A DNA stretch of 64,000 bases, taken from positions 97,686,726 through 97,750,725 of the forward strand of contig NC_068986.1 of the NCBI RefSeq assembly GCF_001194135.2, read 5' to 3'. The first letter of the stretch is position 1. Each line of letters begins with the position of its first letter. The DNA is from Octopus bimaculoides. Taxonomy: Eukaryota. Of this stretch, positions 50,411-63,960 are shown piece by piece. The translations under genes were made by a program, and so were the position numbers. A model generated the notes under the pieces. It did not search any database. It had not been told where the DNA came from and saw only the letters and a program-made list of their open reading frames with translations.

Positions 50411-51340
50411 NNNNNNNNNNNNNNNNNNNNNNNNNNNNNNNNNNNNNNNNNNNNNNNNNNNNNNNNNNNNNNNNNNNNNNNNNNNNNNNNNNNNNNNNNN
50501 NNNNNNNNNNNNNNNNNNNNNNNNNNNNNNNNNNNNNNNNNNNNNNNNNNNNNNNNNNNNNNNNNNNNNNNNNNNNNNNNNNNNNNNNNNNNNNNNNNNN
50601 NNNNNNNNNNNNNNNNNNNNNNNNNNNNNNNNNNNNNNNNNNNNNNNNNNNNNNNNNNNNNNNNNNNNNNNNNNNNNNNNNNNNNNNNNNNNNNNNNNNN
50701 NNNNNNNNNNNNNNNNNNNNNNNNNNNNNNNNNNNNNNNNNNNNNNNNNNNNNNNNNNNNNNNNNNNNNNNNNNNNNNNNNNNNNNNNNNNNNNNNNNNN
50801 NNNNNNNNNNNNNNNNNNNNNNNNNNNNNNNNNNNNNNNNNNNNNNNNNNNNNNNNNNNNNNNNNNNNNNNNNNNNNNNNNNNNNNNNNNNNNNNNNNNN
50901 NNNNNNNNNNNNNNNNNNNNNNNNNNNNNNNNNNNNNNNNNNNNNNNNNNNNNNNNNNNNNNNNNNNNNNNNNNNNNNNNNNNNNNNNNNNNNNNNNNNN
51001 NNNNNNNNNNNNNNNNNNNNNNNNNNNNNNNNNNNNNNNNNNNNNNNNNNNNNNNNNNNNNNNNNNNNNNNNNNNNNNNNNNNNNNNNNNNNNNNNNNNN
51101 NNNNNNNNNNNNNNNNNNNNNNNNNNNNNNNNNNNNNNNNNNNNNNNNNNNNNNNNNNNNNNNNNNNNNNNNNNNNNNNNNNNNNNNNNNNNNNNNNNNN
51201 NNNNNNNNNNNNNNNNNNNNNNNNNNNNNNNNNNNNNNNNNNNNNNNNNNNNNNNNNNNNNNNNNNNNNNNNNNNNNNNNNNNNNNNNNNNNNNNNNNNN
51301 NNNNNNNNNNNNNNNNNNNNNNNNNNNNNNNNNNNNNNNN
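50411..51340. other. Largest of 13 assembly gaps (others: 3795-4051, 9111-9816, 11725-11826, 16790-17002, 17796-18470, 27260-27359, 28254-28543, 30759-31153, 38909-39588, 42110-42265, 46441-46530, 53796-54596)
   Basis: N runs, almost all bordered by (TA)n or other microsatellites. Confidence 0.99.
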
Positions 51341-51632
51341 TATATATCAGGATAAGATCAATATTTAAATATCGATTTTATCAAGTGGCCAGCATAAGAA
51401 TAAAAACCATCGAAGATAACAATTATTTAAAATTATAATTTAAGGTATCTAAGAGATACCGTCATGCTGAAAATAGCAGCCAAATCTTGACTCTAAACCA
51501 CAATAAATGTTCATATAGTACCAGGAGAGAAGACGAAGAGATAAATTAAATAGGAAAAAATTACTGGATAATTTCAGGTCCCGGATTTCTGGTTTTGCAT
51601 ATGGTTTTCATCAATAAAATCAATTAAATATT

Positions 51633-51850
51633 TATTTCTTTATTGCCCACAGTGGGGCTAAAATGAGAGGGGATAAACAATGACAGACACAGGGATTAAG
51701 TCGATTATATGGACCCTAGTGCGTAACTGGTACTCATTTAATCGACCCCGAGAAGATGAAAAGCAAAGTCGGCCTCGGTGGATTTCGAACTCAAAACGTT
51801 ACGGCAAGCATGTCGCCCGGCTTGCTAACGATTCTGCCAGCTCGCCGCCT
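51633..51850 (-). mobile_element. SINE family A, tail type 2, solo copy
   Basis: Aligns to the 30011 and 44875 copies and is not preceded by a type 1 partner. Confidence 0.9.
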
Positions 51851-52619
51851 TTAAAATAAATTAAATATTGAGTGATCATTCAGTCTATTTATGTAAAGCA
51901 TCACAATTCCTCCAAATTCACCAGGTGTATTATTAGTTCTTGCAAATTTCACGCGATCAAACTTCAAGGTTCCATTCACCTCTTACAGATTTATGCAAAT
52001 TATCCTAATTCCACTATATTATTTTTACTGACATCGAAGCTTGCTAGATTCATTGAATCCTGTATATTGTGGTTATTTTCAAATAACCGTTTGTTATTGC
52101 ATACTCTTAAAAAAACTTCAGAAAGTTATGAATAAAAAATACTAATTTACAACTAAATTAAATTTTCTTAAGCAAACACGGTGTACACGAACACATGACA
52201 AGCTATAAAGACCAACTTGAGCGGCAATTTGATATGTATTAGTTTTTTGAAAATAAATGAATTTTGACCGGTTATGATACTTACAAATGAAATAGCAAAG
52301 GGCATAATAAATAGAACAATATAGAATTTTTCAGATAAAAAAAAAAACATTAGAAACAAAATATGTTCTATGCTTTATTTCATTTAAAAATTGAGTTTGA
52401 AGCTGCAATAAGAAGAAACAATCATTAATAAGACATTAATGAAACTCGACAGAAAACCGTAAAAAATACTACTACAAGCTATTATTCCAAATAATCCGCA
52501 CGTCAATATTACTAGCTATACAACAGAGCACTAGTCACAGTATTTATTATTAATTACTATTGCTATTTATGCCTAGTATATTCACAAAGTTACGTAGTTT
52601 GCTTTAGGAATATAGCCAA

Positions 52620-52680
52620 ATACTTATTTTATCGATCTCGCAAAGATGAAAGATATCTTTAACTTCAGCGAGATTTGAAC
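52620..52680 (-). mobile_element. SINE family A core fragment, very degenerate
   Basis: TTATTTTATCGATCTCGCAAAGATGAAAG..GAGATTTGAAC. Confidence 0.5.
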
Positions 52681-52831
52681 AGTTACTTCTTGCTACAAGC
52701 TCGATGTAATAAAATAACAGTACTAGACAAGTCACAATTCTCTTGACTATTACTTCTCTTGAAAATTCATCACTACTGTTATTCTTGGAATCAATATTCA
52801 TGATGTATCACCCAATGTCTCCTTATGCAGA

Positions 52832-52970
52832 GTCGGTGAATTAGCAGAATCGGAACAACGTCTGAAAATTACTTTAAAGTTTGTATTTGCTTTGTCTTTC
52901 TCAATTCGAGTCAGCTCAAGTCCACTTTCCTTTCTTACATTCTCCACTCGTATCAACCAAATTTGAAGTC
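52832..52970 (+). mobile_element. SINE family A head and core, very degenerate, opposite orientation
   Basis: GTCGGTGAATTAGCAGAATCG..CAAGTCCACTTTCCTTTC. Confidence 0.4.
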
Positions 52971-54596
52971 GATGTAATTGTTTCCTCTACAATTTGTAAT
53001 ATGCTGTCTGTAACATCATATGTTAAAGCTACGTATATGTAATATTACTACGACTTTGACAATATTAACGTACGTGGAGTAAAGGATACTGTCTAGAAAA
53101 GATTAGTAGTTTATGTTTCATTTGGAGTATAATGAAGCTCAGATCTCCAGCGTGTGTGACATGCAGTTGTGCAAACATGGGGTTGGCATGTACGTCATCA
53201 GCCATTCAAAGACTTGCCTTCTTTAGATGTTATTGTGTTACAAAAATTAAAATTGGATAAAATATTGCTAAATGTAGTCAACTAACTGCAGTGTTTGACG
53301 AACAAAGTTCTACTGAATTTGGATTTACCTGGAGTGAGATAACAACGTTTCTAAATTTTAGCAATTTATACCATAAACGCATTTATACCGCAAACAAATG
53401 ACAGCAGATAGCATGTGAGGAACTACATAGATTACATCGCATTTAGCATTGGGGATATATTATATAGCGATAAACACTGATCGACTGTATTTAATAAGGA
53501 AAAGACTAAACGAATGGAAATTTCAAATTGGATTATCAGAACAGATGTAAAATACTGAAGGCTGCTCAGCTGTTTGTGGCAGTTGATTTATGTGAAGCTG
53601 GGATTATATTAAAAAAGTCTATTTAACAGAAGTCATAAAGTAAGTCATCATGTCCAGGTGTATGTATGTACGTACGTATGTATGTATGTATGTATGTATG
53701 TTTGTATGTATGTATGTATGTATGAATGTATTTGTGTGTGTGTGTATATATATATGCATACATTCATATATTTGTACATCTTTGAGTATATACATNNNNN
53801 NNNNNNNNNNNNNNNNNNNNNNNNNNNNNNNNNNNNNNNNNNNNNNNNNNNNNNNNNNNNNNNNNNNNNNNNNNNNNNNNNNNNNNNNNNNNNNNNNNNN
53901 NNNNNNNNNNNNNNNNNNNNNNNNNNNNNNNNNNNNNNNNNNNNNNNNNNNNNNNNNNNNNNNNNNNNNNNNNNNNNNNNNNNNNNNNNNNNNNNNNNNN
54001 NNNNNNNNNNNNNNNNNNNNNNNNNNNNNNNNNNNNNNNNNNNNNNNNNNNNNNNNNNNNNNNNNNNNNNNNNNNNNNNNNNNNNNNNNNNNNNNNNNNN
54101 NNNNNNNNNNNNNNNNNNNNNNNNNNNNNNNNNNNNNNNNNNNNNNNNNNNNNNNNNNNNNNNNNNNNNNNNNNNNNNNNNNNNNNNNNNNNNNNNNNNN
54201 NNNNNNNNNNNNNNNNNNNNNNNNNNNNNNNNNNNNNNNNNNNNNNNNNNNNNNNNNNNNNNNNNNNNNNNNNNNNNNNNNNNNNNNNNNNNNNNNNNNN
54301 NNNNNNNNNNNNNNNNNNNNNNNNNNNNNNNNNNNNNNNNNNNNNNNNNNNNNNNNNNNNNNNNNNNNNNNNNNNNNNNNNNNNNNNNNNNNNNNNNNNN
54401 NNNNNNNNNNNNNNNNNNNNNNNNNNNNNNNNNNNNNNNNNNNNNNNNNNNNNNNNNNNNNNNNNNNNNNNNNNNNNNNNNNNNNNNNNNNNNNNNNNNN
54501 NNNNNNNNNNNNNNNNNNNNNNNNNNNNNNNNNNNNNNNNNNNNNNNNNNNNNNNNNNNNNNNNNNNNNNNNNNNNNNNNNNNNNNNNNNNNNNNG

Positions 54597-54886
54597 AGCA
54601 CTCCACAGACACGTGTACCCTTAACGTAGTTCTCGGGGATATTCAGCGTGACACAGTGTGACAAGGCTGGCCCTTTGAATTACAGGTACAACAGAAACAG
54701 AAAGAAAGAGTGAGAGAAAGTTTTGGCGGAAGAGTACAGCAGGGTTCGCCACCATCCCCTGCCGGAGCCTCGTGGTGCTTTAGGTGTTTTCGCTCAATAA
54801 ACACCCACAACGCCCGGTCTGGGAATCGAAACCGCGGTCCTATGACCGCGAGTCCGCTGCCCTAACCACTGGGCCATTGCGCCTCC
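54597..54886 (-). mobile_element. tRNA(Arg-like)-derived SINE family B (3' end in gap)
   Basis: Highly similar to 24165-24441, with intact A and B boxes. Confidence 0.95.
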
Positions 54887-55231
54887 ACTCACATAGATAC
54901 ATACATACATACATATATACATACATACATTCATACATACATACAAAAATACCCTGAATCTACGTTAGAAACTATCCCTATCTCTATTGGCAAGAAATCT
55001 TGAAATATAACTGAGAAATGACATCCATACATATATAATGTTTCTTGAGAATACTCACAGATTCCCGATGATCAAATATGTGAAACTCTGCATAATTATT
55101 TAGGAAGTCTTTTCTAGCTTCAATAATAAATTACTGTACTTTTGGTATACAAGCGCTATTTTCTGTATGTCGTTTGGCATGTATGATCTAGCATGTATAG
55201 ATAAATACTTACATACACGTGCGCGCACGCA

Positions 55232-55268
<37 letters not shown>

Positions 55269-55559
55269 ATATACATATATATATATGCGCTTGGATATGT
55301 ATACAAGCTTGTAAGTGCGTGTGATTTTGAGTATGTGCATAAATATAACCTATACATCTGACATGTTTCGAAACAATATGTTTGATACAAAATAAGCAAA
55401 ATAGAAAAATAAATACCTTGAGTAACAAACAAGAATACTTATCGATGTCTTACTCTTAAACTATAGATCAGTTTCTTATTGTTTACCTCATGCTCGTCAG
55501 CTTTCTAATCTTCATTATTTAAGGCATATTTAATGCATATGGTTCGCATTATTGACATG

Positions 55560-56370
55560 AATTTATTGAGATTCATATCTATGTCTTGCATAGAGAGGCT
55601 TTTAGACCGTCCAACTGGAGTATCTGTTTTTCAAGTGACTTCCAGTCAGCTTTATAGAAATATAGGCTGGATAGAGTTTGAGCGTCATGTGTGCGGAGTT
55701 TATCTTTAGTTAATTCCGGGCCATACATTGTGAGTTCTATCATGTTACGGTCTGAGAATATTATCGGTGATATATTTACGTTGTGGATAATTCCCACATT
55801 GTTTGTAAAATAGAGGTCCAGGATATTTTTGTGCCTGGTTGGAGAGAGTATGACCTGCTCCATGAAGAGCATTTTCGTAAGATCAAGTAGACATTCTGCT
55901 TGATGTCGCACTTTGCGCATCATTCCTGTGGTTATATTGCTCTCGGGCCACCTGATGTTGGTGAAGTTGAAGTCACCCATCATGAATATAGTACTACATT
56001 GATCCAATTGTGTTAGCACTTCTATTATCGCACTGAGGCTTTCCTCAAATTTTCCATAATGATTTGAGGCATCAGGTGGGCGATATAATGGGCATATCAC
56101 TATATCAAGTTGCATTAGATGTACTATGAGTGTGTCACACACCGAATTCAAGTTCGATAACAGGGTTAATGGTGTGACATCATCGCGGATGTAAAGTGCA
56201 ACTCCACCGTGGCTTCTTTTTATTCTGTCTGTACTTCTGTCTGTACGGAAGATAGCATACGTTCATACGTATATCTCCGTAACATTTAGGTTCGCAAATA
56301 GATGTGTTTCTGAAAGTGTAATGCATACACCTTGATTACATGCAGAAAGTTTCTTCAGGTGCTCAATTTT
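55560..56370 (-). mobile_element. CR1/L2-type LINE apurinic-like endonuclease domain remnant
   Basis: ITLSETHL..RTDR..HGGVALYIRDD..YRPPD..MGDFNFTNIRW..PTRHKNILDLYFTN..FSDRNMI..FYKADWKSL. Confidence 0.9.
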
Positions 56371-56607
56371 GCATTTGCTGCTGTTCTGCAGCAGGCCTCT
56401 TATATTTATTTGTAGAAATAACGTTGGTGTTGGTATGTTGGGTGTTGGATTGTTGGGTGATGGTGTGTTGGTGATTTGGTGGCAGTGGTGGCCAACCGGG
56501 GTCCATCAATTGTGGCGGTCTTGTGCGTGATGGTACATAGCTCAGCCTTGTTTTTAGCCATGGCAACCGTTGACCTATTTCCTGTGCCACACTTACAAAA
56601 GAAAATT

Positions 56608-56700
56608 CTACTGAGGAAGACCAAAAACCGAAAGGCTGCAGGATTGGATGACATCCCTCCTGAAGTCTGGAAAACCGGTAATTTCAATGACATTATTCTC
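56608..56700 (+). mobile_element. 93-bp internal fragment of the RTE LINE family
   Basis: About 83 of 93 nt match the reverse complement of 60239-60331; encodes LRKTKNRKAAGLDDIPPEVWK. Confidence 0.88.
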
Positions 56701-58889
56701 AATCGTTCATCTCAGTATTTCTTCAAAGTGAGATAAAAGTTTCAACAGCAGAATGCATTCTCCCTTCCCCCCAAAATGTTTTCTATTTAGTTCGTTACCA
56801 TCGTATTCCCACCACTGTTTCAGCGTGCACATACAGGAATTTAACTTACATCTTAATGGGAAATCCAATATAGTGCATTTGAAATATTTTTCCATCTTAT
56901 ATAAATCGAATGCCAAATCAACTAAGTATTGTTCAACATTATTGCAATCATTCAATTGCAATGTTTTATTCGCTTCGTCTTTTTATTATCAAATACAACA
57001 GTCAATATTATTTATTTTAAATTTATTCTCAAAGCTAAATCCTAAAATCCTATTAGTAATAATCTATTCTTAGTTACTTGCTGGTAAATGTTGATGCTTA
57101 TAATATGCAATAATAACGTATTGTAAGGTTTCATTAAGAGTAAACCAATAGCTGCTATTTCGCTAAAAATTTCACTAATGAGAATATTCCACTAGTAAGA
57201 ATATTGTGTACTGCACTTATGTTAACACTGTCTTCGTTTCACTACCGCTACATGCATTTATTAATTTAGCTGCTATGACATACTTAACGGTGTCAGATTC
57301 GCCTGAATGCCATATATTGTTAATATTGCTAATGGTTTCTAAGGTTTTCTGTCTCGTTTGATTAATATTTCCGTCGAATCGATGACTTGGCACATAGAAT
57401 CTAATTGTCGAAAGAAATGCTGTATGGAAGCAGCTATTTTGCTTCTCGGACTTTATTTATTAAAATCTCCCATTGGCCGAATCAGGAGAGCGGCGGACAT
57501 AATACTACACCTTATTGTCTTACATATCATTACATTCCGAGCTGAAAGCTTACCGGCGATACTGTCAAATTCATTCCATCGATGGCCAGTGAAGGAAGTA
57601 TCAGTCACTCACTTAGATCGATAAAATGGATAATAGTGGATCACCGTTGTTCTTTGATGTAGATTCACTTGTTCAAACAACTTAATATATTGTTCCATGA
57701 ATAACGTGTAAGTGGTTGCGCATTCCACATATATGGTAACCTCAACACAGTTCTCAGATTGAATGTGCCTGACTGAGGGGGTGTTGTGTATGTAACTGAG
57801 GAATGGCCATGGGTAAATTCAGGTGAGTGCCAGACAAAACAAATATTTAGAAAGAAGACATACATTTCTCAATAACCGAGATTTCATCAATTTGTCTACC
57901 CTCATAACAGCACGGCCGTCTGAAGAAAAAGAAAAAATGTATAGACATACGGGGTAATGTAAGTCATAATACAAGATGGCCATATCTAGAAGGCATTTAA
58001 TTATATGTCTATGATAGGTAACATGAGGAAAAACAACATACATCACATATGACCTTGTGCTGATTTGGTGTGTAACGAGGTCATTCGCAGAAGAGAAGTC
58101 TGCTAAGAAATCTATAGAGACGGTTTAAAACTGCAAACTCTCTTTTGTTGGATATAATTTAGATTGTTTGGGGGTGATGAAATTGTTCCAATCATAAGCG
58201 TGGGTTTCAGTTAAAAGCACGCTATAATGATTTGCGTGTATTAGGTTCACCATACACATATGGGTATATCATTTAATCGTGAACCTCACCTGATCTTTGT
58301 AGATCGTAATCAGTTGTTCAACGCCTAAGGGTTTTCTAGCACTGGAACAGAACGTATTTTGCTATGGATACGAAATCATTAGGAAAGACTATCAGGAAAG
58401 ACATTAGGAAAGACTAGCTGTAAGTTACTAGATCAATGGATATATGCTTTCCATCCTTGGCGGATCTGTCTTATTTTTAGACAGAAAATTAATGGAGTAT
58501 ATTATCGAACGTGTTCATCCTTTATGTGTAAAAGTAGACGTACGACTGCTACTTTGTTGTTTACATTGACAGGTAGATTTTCATAATCTAGGCTGCTTGC
58601 GGCATTGTTGTTAATTAACTATTATATTAAGTAGTATTACCATATTTGATCTACAGAACAACTGTTGGAAAAATTAAGTACAATTACGTTTTAGCGTTAT
58701 TAGTTTTTACGCGCGTTTCACCATTATGGCCCTACGATAGACATTCTAAATTCATGTAGATGGTGACCCGCAATGGATCTTCAGTGAACACCTTATTTCA
58801 GTCAGTTACTGAATGTTGTATCCCATCCTTTAGTAAAGATGTTAACGTATAAATTTAGGACGATCAGTTTCCTATTTCTAGCAGTTTTT

Positions 58890-61800
58890 TTTATCGAGAT
58901 ATCATCCGGTCAGGCTGATTGCCCGGGTTGCTACCTCTCTTCATCCCTCGCGATATTCCATTACTGCTCTTAAGTCTTCATCTCGGCATCCAACATCTTC
59001 TGCAAGCTGTTATATATACGTCTCCCGTTGTCTTCTAGCCACTGTGGTACCATGGTTTGATGTTCACAACAACACATTACTCACGAGTTCTTTACTTCTC
59101 CAGTAGTGGCCAGCAAACCTCAATCTCCGCTCTTGGACAGTTGTTGAGAAAGTTGGTGCATTCCCACATAGCCGTTGTTTTGTTGGGTGCTTCCTTCACA
59201 GATGTTGAGCACTGCACGTAACATTCTGGTGTAGGCACCGTCCAGCATGAACCTGAGTCTCTTGGTGAGAGTCTAAGTCGGAAGTCCATATACAGGCACA
59301 GATTCAACAACTGCTCTGAAGAACTGTCTCTCCAAACTATCTGGTAGAGTTGACTTCCATATTTTTCTAAGATCGTATATAGCTGCCCAAGCCGTAGCAT
59401 CGCGAGATTTAATATCTTTTTCCGTGGACACGATATGGCTTGACACATTTCAAAGGATTCTGTTTGATGGTCCTGGTTTCACCTGTTGTGTTAAGGGTGG
59501 ATAATTCTGCCTTCTTTTCCTTCGTATATAGTCCTATGTTACCGGCAGAATTTTCCAGGAGATAAGTAAACGTCCATTATATTTTGTGTGGTGTTGTCTG
59601 CGATTAGTGCTATGACATCAGCATAATCGGCATCAGTCAAGTAGGAGGCCGGATATCTTCTGCTTCTAGATTTCTGTAGAGTGAAACCCAGATCATTTTA
59701 TTGATCTATTGAGGTACACAATACGTAATCGAGACACAGGATGAACAAGTAAGGAACAAGTGTGTCACCCTGCAATACACCTGCATGAACATCAAAGTCA
59801 GTATCTCCATCTGGTGACCGCACTTTGACTCGGGTGTTTTTATATAGCATCATTACTGGCTTTATTGTTTCATCAGGGATTCCATATACTCTAAGAATTT
59901 CTGCTATCTTATCTCTGTGTACAGAGTCCAAGGCCCTGGAGAAATCAATAAAAGCAGAACTACATTAAGAGTTTTGGCTCGTACTCCTAACATCCTCCTA
60001 ACTGTAAGAATTTCACCAGATGTATACCGGTTCTTCCTGAATCCGTTTTGATTTTTTTCTCAAGAACTCTTTTAATTTGAGGTTGGATTCGATTGAGTAG
60101 CAATGCATTTAAATCTCTGTTGTAATTGATGTTAATATAAATCCTCTGTTGTTTATACCAAGACTCAGATAACCTTCTTTGGGAAAGGCAGAACGAAACT
60201 TTTATCTCACTTTGATGATAGACTGAGATGCAGGATTTGAGAATAATGCCATTGAAATTGCCAGTTTTCTAGACTTCAAGAGGGATGTCATCTAATCCCG
60301 CAGCTTTTCGGTTTTTGGTCTTTCTCAGTATGACTTCAAGCTCTTCCGTTGAGAAAGGTCCCTGCTTGATATCCAGGACCTCTCTAACAATACGGTGGAT
60401 CCGCTGGTTTGATGTATTCGGTGATTTCCTGAGAAGGTTTTGAAAATGATCTTTCCACTTACTCAGTCTCTCCTGTAGGTTAGACGCTTTCAACTTCGCT
60501 TTGAAGGATTTCTTCCGGCCACTCATTTCATTTACTGTCTACCAGGCCAAGGCAGATTGTTTGTTGTCTGCTGCGTTTTTAATTTTGTCGATTTGACTTT
60601 GAATGTATTTTTGCTGTTCCATCTGACATAATACATTAAGTTCTTTCTGCACATTCATTTTTCTATTTAAGTTTCTTCTCGTAGGAATTCTGACATGTTG
60701 TTTGGTTATTTCTTTTATGTTAATTCTTTTTGCGAGCACTGTATCGCTTTTCCAGGGGACTCTTTGTTTCAGTTCTGGTCTCAAAGGGATGCACTTTTCA
60801 GCAGCCTCATAATGAGCTTGGATGAAGTTGAGATATGTTGTGTTTGGTGTGTGATTTCCGCATACATCTTGTAACGCGTCAAAGTGTGATTTCTGAGTTT
60901 GATCGTAAAATCATTTCGGACTTTCTTGTTGTACATCAGTATAGCCCAGTTGTAGGGTGGTCTTGAAGTTTTTTTTATCTTGTTCGGTCGGTGGCTTAAC
61001 TGAAGCTTACATATTACCACTTGATGGTCAGGTGATACACTAAAGAAAGTGTTGTATGCTTCGCAGTTGTGGCAGCTGTTAATCCACTTTTTGTTCATGA
61101 TATTATAGTGCACCTGAAGTTTGAATCCATTTGGGGAAGTATGGGTCTACTTCTTTCTCAGTCTCTTCTGAAGATGACTGTTCAGGCATTGAAGTTTGTT
61201 TTGTACCAAAAAGTGTTCTCCATTTCGGTTTGAGGTTTGATGGAATGCATCCTAATGATGGAGATAGTCATGGCCTAATTGTGCATTCATATCATCGCCA
61301 ATGATGAGGATGTGTTTTGGTATATATCGTACAAGAGACGATAAATCATTGCAAAAATTTATGACCTCTAGTTCATCGCTGACATTTGTTGGGCTGTAGC
61401 AGCACCTGGCAGTAGTAGAAGGGTTACCGTTGAAATTGGCAACTATTATTCTGTACGTTATCTTCTCCATGCGGTTTAGTGATTTCAAGGCAGGCAGGTT
61501 GGATAATAATCCAACACCGCCGATGGTGCTATTAATAGAATCTTTCCATGCTGATACAGACACAAAAGTCCAGTTGTTATCGTGTTCATGAATCTTTACA
61601 TCGTGATCATCATGAAAGAGACGATGTTCCTGTACACAAAAGATGTCTATGTTGATAGCCGATGCAGCAGGTTTTCATATTTGAGATATAGATTTAAAAG
61701 TTCTTACATCGAAAGTCGATACTATAACAGGATCCTTGCATAATGCAAATTTCGACTTTGATTTTGGTTCTGTAGCGCGTCCTACACAGGTGTCAGAACC

Positions 61801-62225
61801 AGCGCCCCTGGTCACGACCCTTAGTAATCGGCGCGATGATCGACGCGGTATGAGTTTCTGGAATGATCTATAGTCATGACTAGTCTTTCGATAGCTTGGT
61901 ATAATCATTAGTGTGAGCCACGTCTATTGATGGTCGCAGATTTTCTCTGACTGAACTGACTGACCCTGGCCATTGATCTGTTTTGAATTTCTCTGCGCAG
62001 CATCTTGTGCACCTTATCCTTGACTGGATTGACTGATCTTCAGCCAAGGTTTCACACCTGCTATGCTGCCCCCCATGCAGGTAACCAGAGCCCCGTTTGC
62101 CAGTTTGGGTTCAATATCCAGCTGCTCGCCTTGAGTGACACTGACAGATTACCGGAGTCAATCTTCCTGTCCATGGCCAGGGGTGGAAAACGTCTCTTTC
62201 ATCAGACGGTATAGCTTAATCAGGC
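58890..62225 (-). mobile_element. Near-full-length RTE-clade LINE (5' UTR, APE, RT), decayed
   Basis: APE: STIGGVGLL..CCYSPTN..IGDDMNAQLG..SPDHQVVI. RT: KAAGLDDIP..DSVHRDK..GVLQGDTLVPYLFILCLDY..DADYADVIAL (second Asp mutated)..LYG..TLTKRLRFMLDGAY. About 3.3 kb with no ORF1, as is typical of RTE. Confidence 0.93.
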
Positions 62226-62533
62226 AATCTCAGACTGTTGCCATCACGAACTATGACGAAGGGTTGGAATCGAGCAGTTTGAAAAGCCAAATCTATCCAC
62301 GTTGTGACGATCACTTCTTTACAGATACAATTTTAGTTCATTCAATGATATTATCCAAATGTTTTATCATTGCAGTGTGAGATGAAAGGATTTCTGTGCA
62401 AGATCTAACAGCCCAAACGACCAAATAGAAGATTCCTAGTTTTCTCTTAGAGAAAAAATAATTGTTGTCGTTCTTTTTCGTTCGCCCAAACATTTATTCA
62501 CACTACAAGGAAAGAAACACAGGTACAAATATT

Positions 62534-62737
62534 GGTACAAGGCCATTAATGTCGGGAGAGGAGGGAAATTCGATCCTATCGCATCCAGCGTTCAACTAAT
62601 ACTTATTTTATCAATCCTTAATGGACTGAAAAGCAAAGTCGACCTCGGTAGGATTCGAACTGGGAATGTAAAGATAAAAAGAAACGCTGTTAAGCACTTT
62701 GCCCGACGTGCTTAGGATTCTGCCAGCTCACCGCCCT
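62534..62737 (-). mobile_element. SINE family A, tail type 3, degenerate
   Basis: GGTACAAGGCC tail, AAAAGCAAAGTCGACCTCGG core, TCTGCCAGCTCACCGCC head. Confidence 0.8.
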
Positions 62738-62848
62738 TAACATTTAAGAATATTAAATATCTTAATGCTAAATTCACCACGGGATTAATATTAGTATATA
62801 TATATGGTTGTGTATGTGTGTGCATGTAAGATTATATGTGCATATATA

Positions 62849-62892
<44 letters not shown>

Positions 62893-63847
62893 TGTATATA
62901 TATATATAAGCTCTTTCATTAAATTCAGTTAAGTGTCAGTGTGAATTAAATTGAGGTCAAATATTTGCATAAAACCACACATTGTGGGTGCATCATAGAG
63001 TTGATTAAATTAACAGAATCACATTCGAGATGTCTCTTTTTTAGCAAACGTTTACGAGAGAAAGGCAAAATTGACTGCAGCAATTTTCATCTATTAATAT
63101 GTTTACTCCAAGATTAGAATCCACGTGAAAATATCGATTTCTAAATGAGGCACAATGTCTCAAAGCTTGAACTCAGAAGAATGAAGCATCTAAAGAGATG
63201 CATTAAAGGATGAAAAAATGCACTGTGTGGCTACGTATAGCGTTTACCGCCGCCCTTGAATTACAAACAAGTGAAACCATAGTTATGCAAATAATGAAAG
63301 ATACGAAATTAATTTCGCACGAATATTGTATCAGTCCAACTCTACGTGGAATAAACACCACAATAGAAATTTAATTAAACTTTTGTATAGTATTTCAGCG
63401 AACTCTGATAACGATTTCTCCATGATTAAAATAGCAACAATATCATTTTGAAGTGATATGGACGGCAGCAACGGTATGTAAAAAAAACAAAATCAGCATA
63501 ACAGTGCTGAAATCCAACAATATGTGAATAGCTCATCTTAGCAGATCTTTGTCAACTTCAGTTCATCAATCTTGGTTGATTAGTCCATATGCTGCAATGT
63601 AATGTAATTTGCTTTTATTTTTGTTGTTCGTTTTACGAAAAGGTCATTCTTGAATGGTAAACAGGAAATTAAACAAATCCTAATATGCTTGTATTGAAAA
63701 TAACGTTTCCTTTCCTCGTTCTATGAAATTGCATTAATACATGTTGAGCAAACGATAAAACAAAATCGTAGATTCAATAAGTCTTTGTGCTAAATTATAA
63801 ATATTATTTAATTCAAATTCATATGCTTTAATAATTGTTGCTGATTT

Positions 63848-63960
63848 AGGTACAAGGCCAGTAATTTTAGTGGAAGGGATTTTTGGATATCAGTAACTTT
63901 AGTACTTAACCGGTACCTTATTTCAACGAACGCAATATAGACACCGGCAGGATTTGAATT
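63848..63960 (-). mobile_element. SINE family A, tail type 3, very degenerate fragment
   Basis: GGTACAAGGCCAGTAATTTT..CGGCAGGATTTGAATT. Confidence 0.5.

Noticed and set aside
3738-54664. Long ORFs (100-366 aa) dominated by X
   Set aside because: They are open only because they cross N gaps, and their flanks are microsatellite translations.
21323-54886. tRNA genes
   Set aside because: All A/B-box sequences run into SINE bodies and lack a complete cloverleaf.
8245-55432. ORFs rich in YI, HT, CV, SL, RE or poly-I/L/V
   Set aside because: These are translations of di-, tri- and tetranucleotide repeats, which lack stop codons.
57758-57822. Segment ending in strong donor CAG|GTGAGT
   Set aside because: Stops in all three frames from the nearest good acceptor. 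It could be a non-coding exon but is unsupported.
58378-58420. Three short AGGAAAGAC units
   Set aside because: Small local slippage duplication with no wider structure.
62180-62215. CTGATGA on the minus strand at the RTE 5' end; possible hammerhead or HDV-like ribozyme
   Set aside because: No stem II followed by GAAA, and I could not build the HDV double pseudoknot by eye. A descriptor search would be needed.
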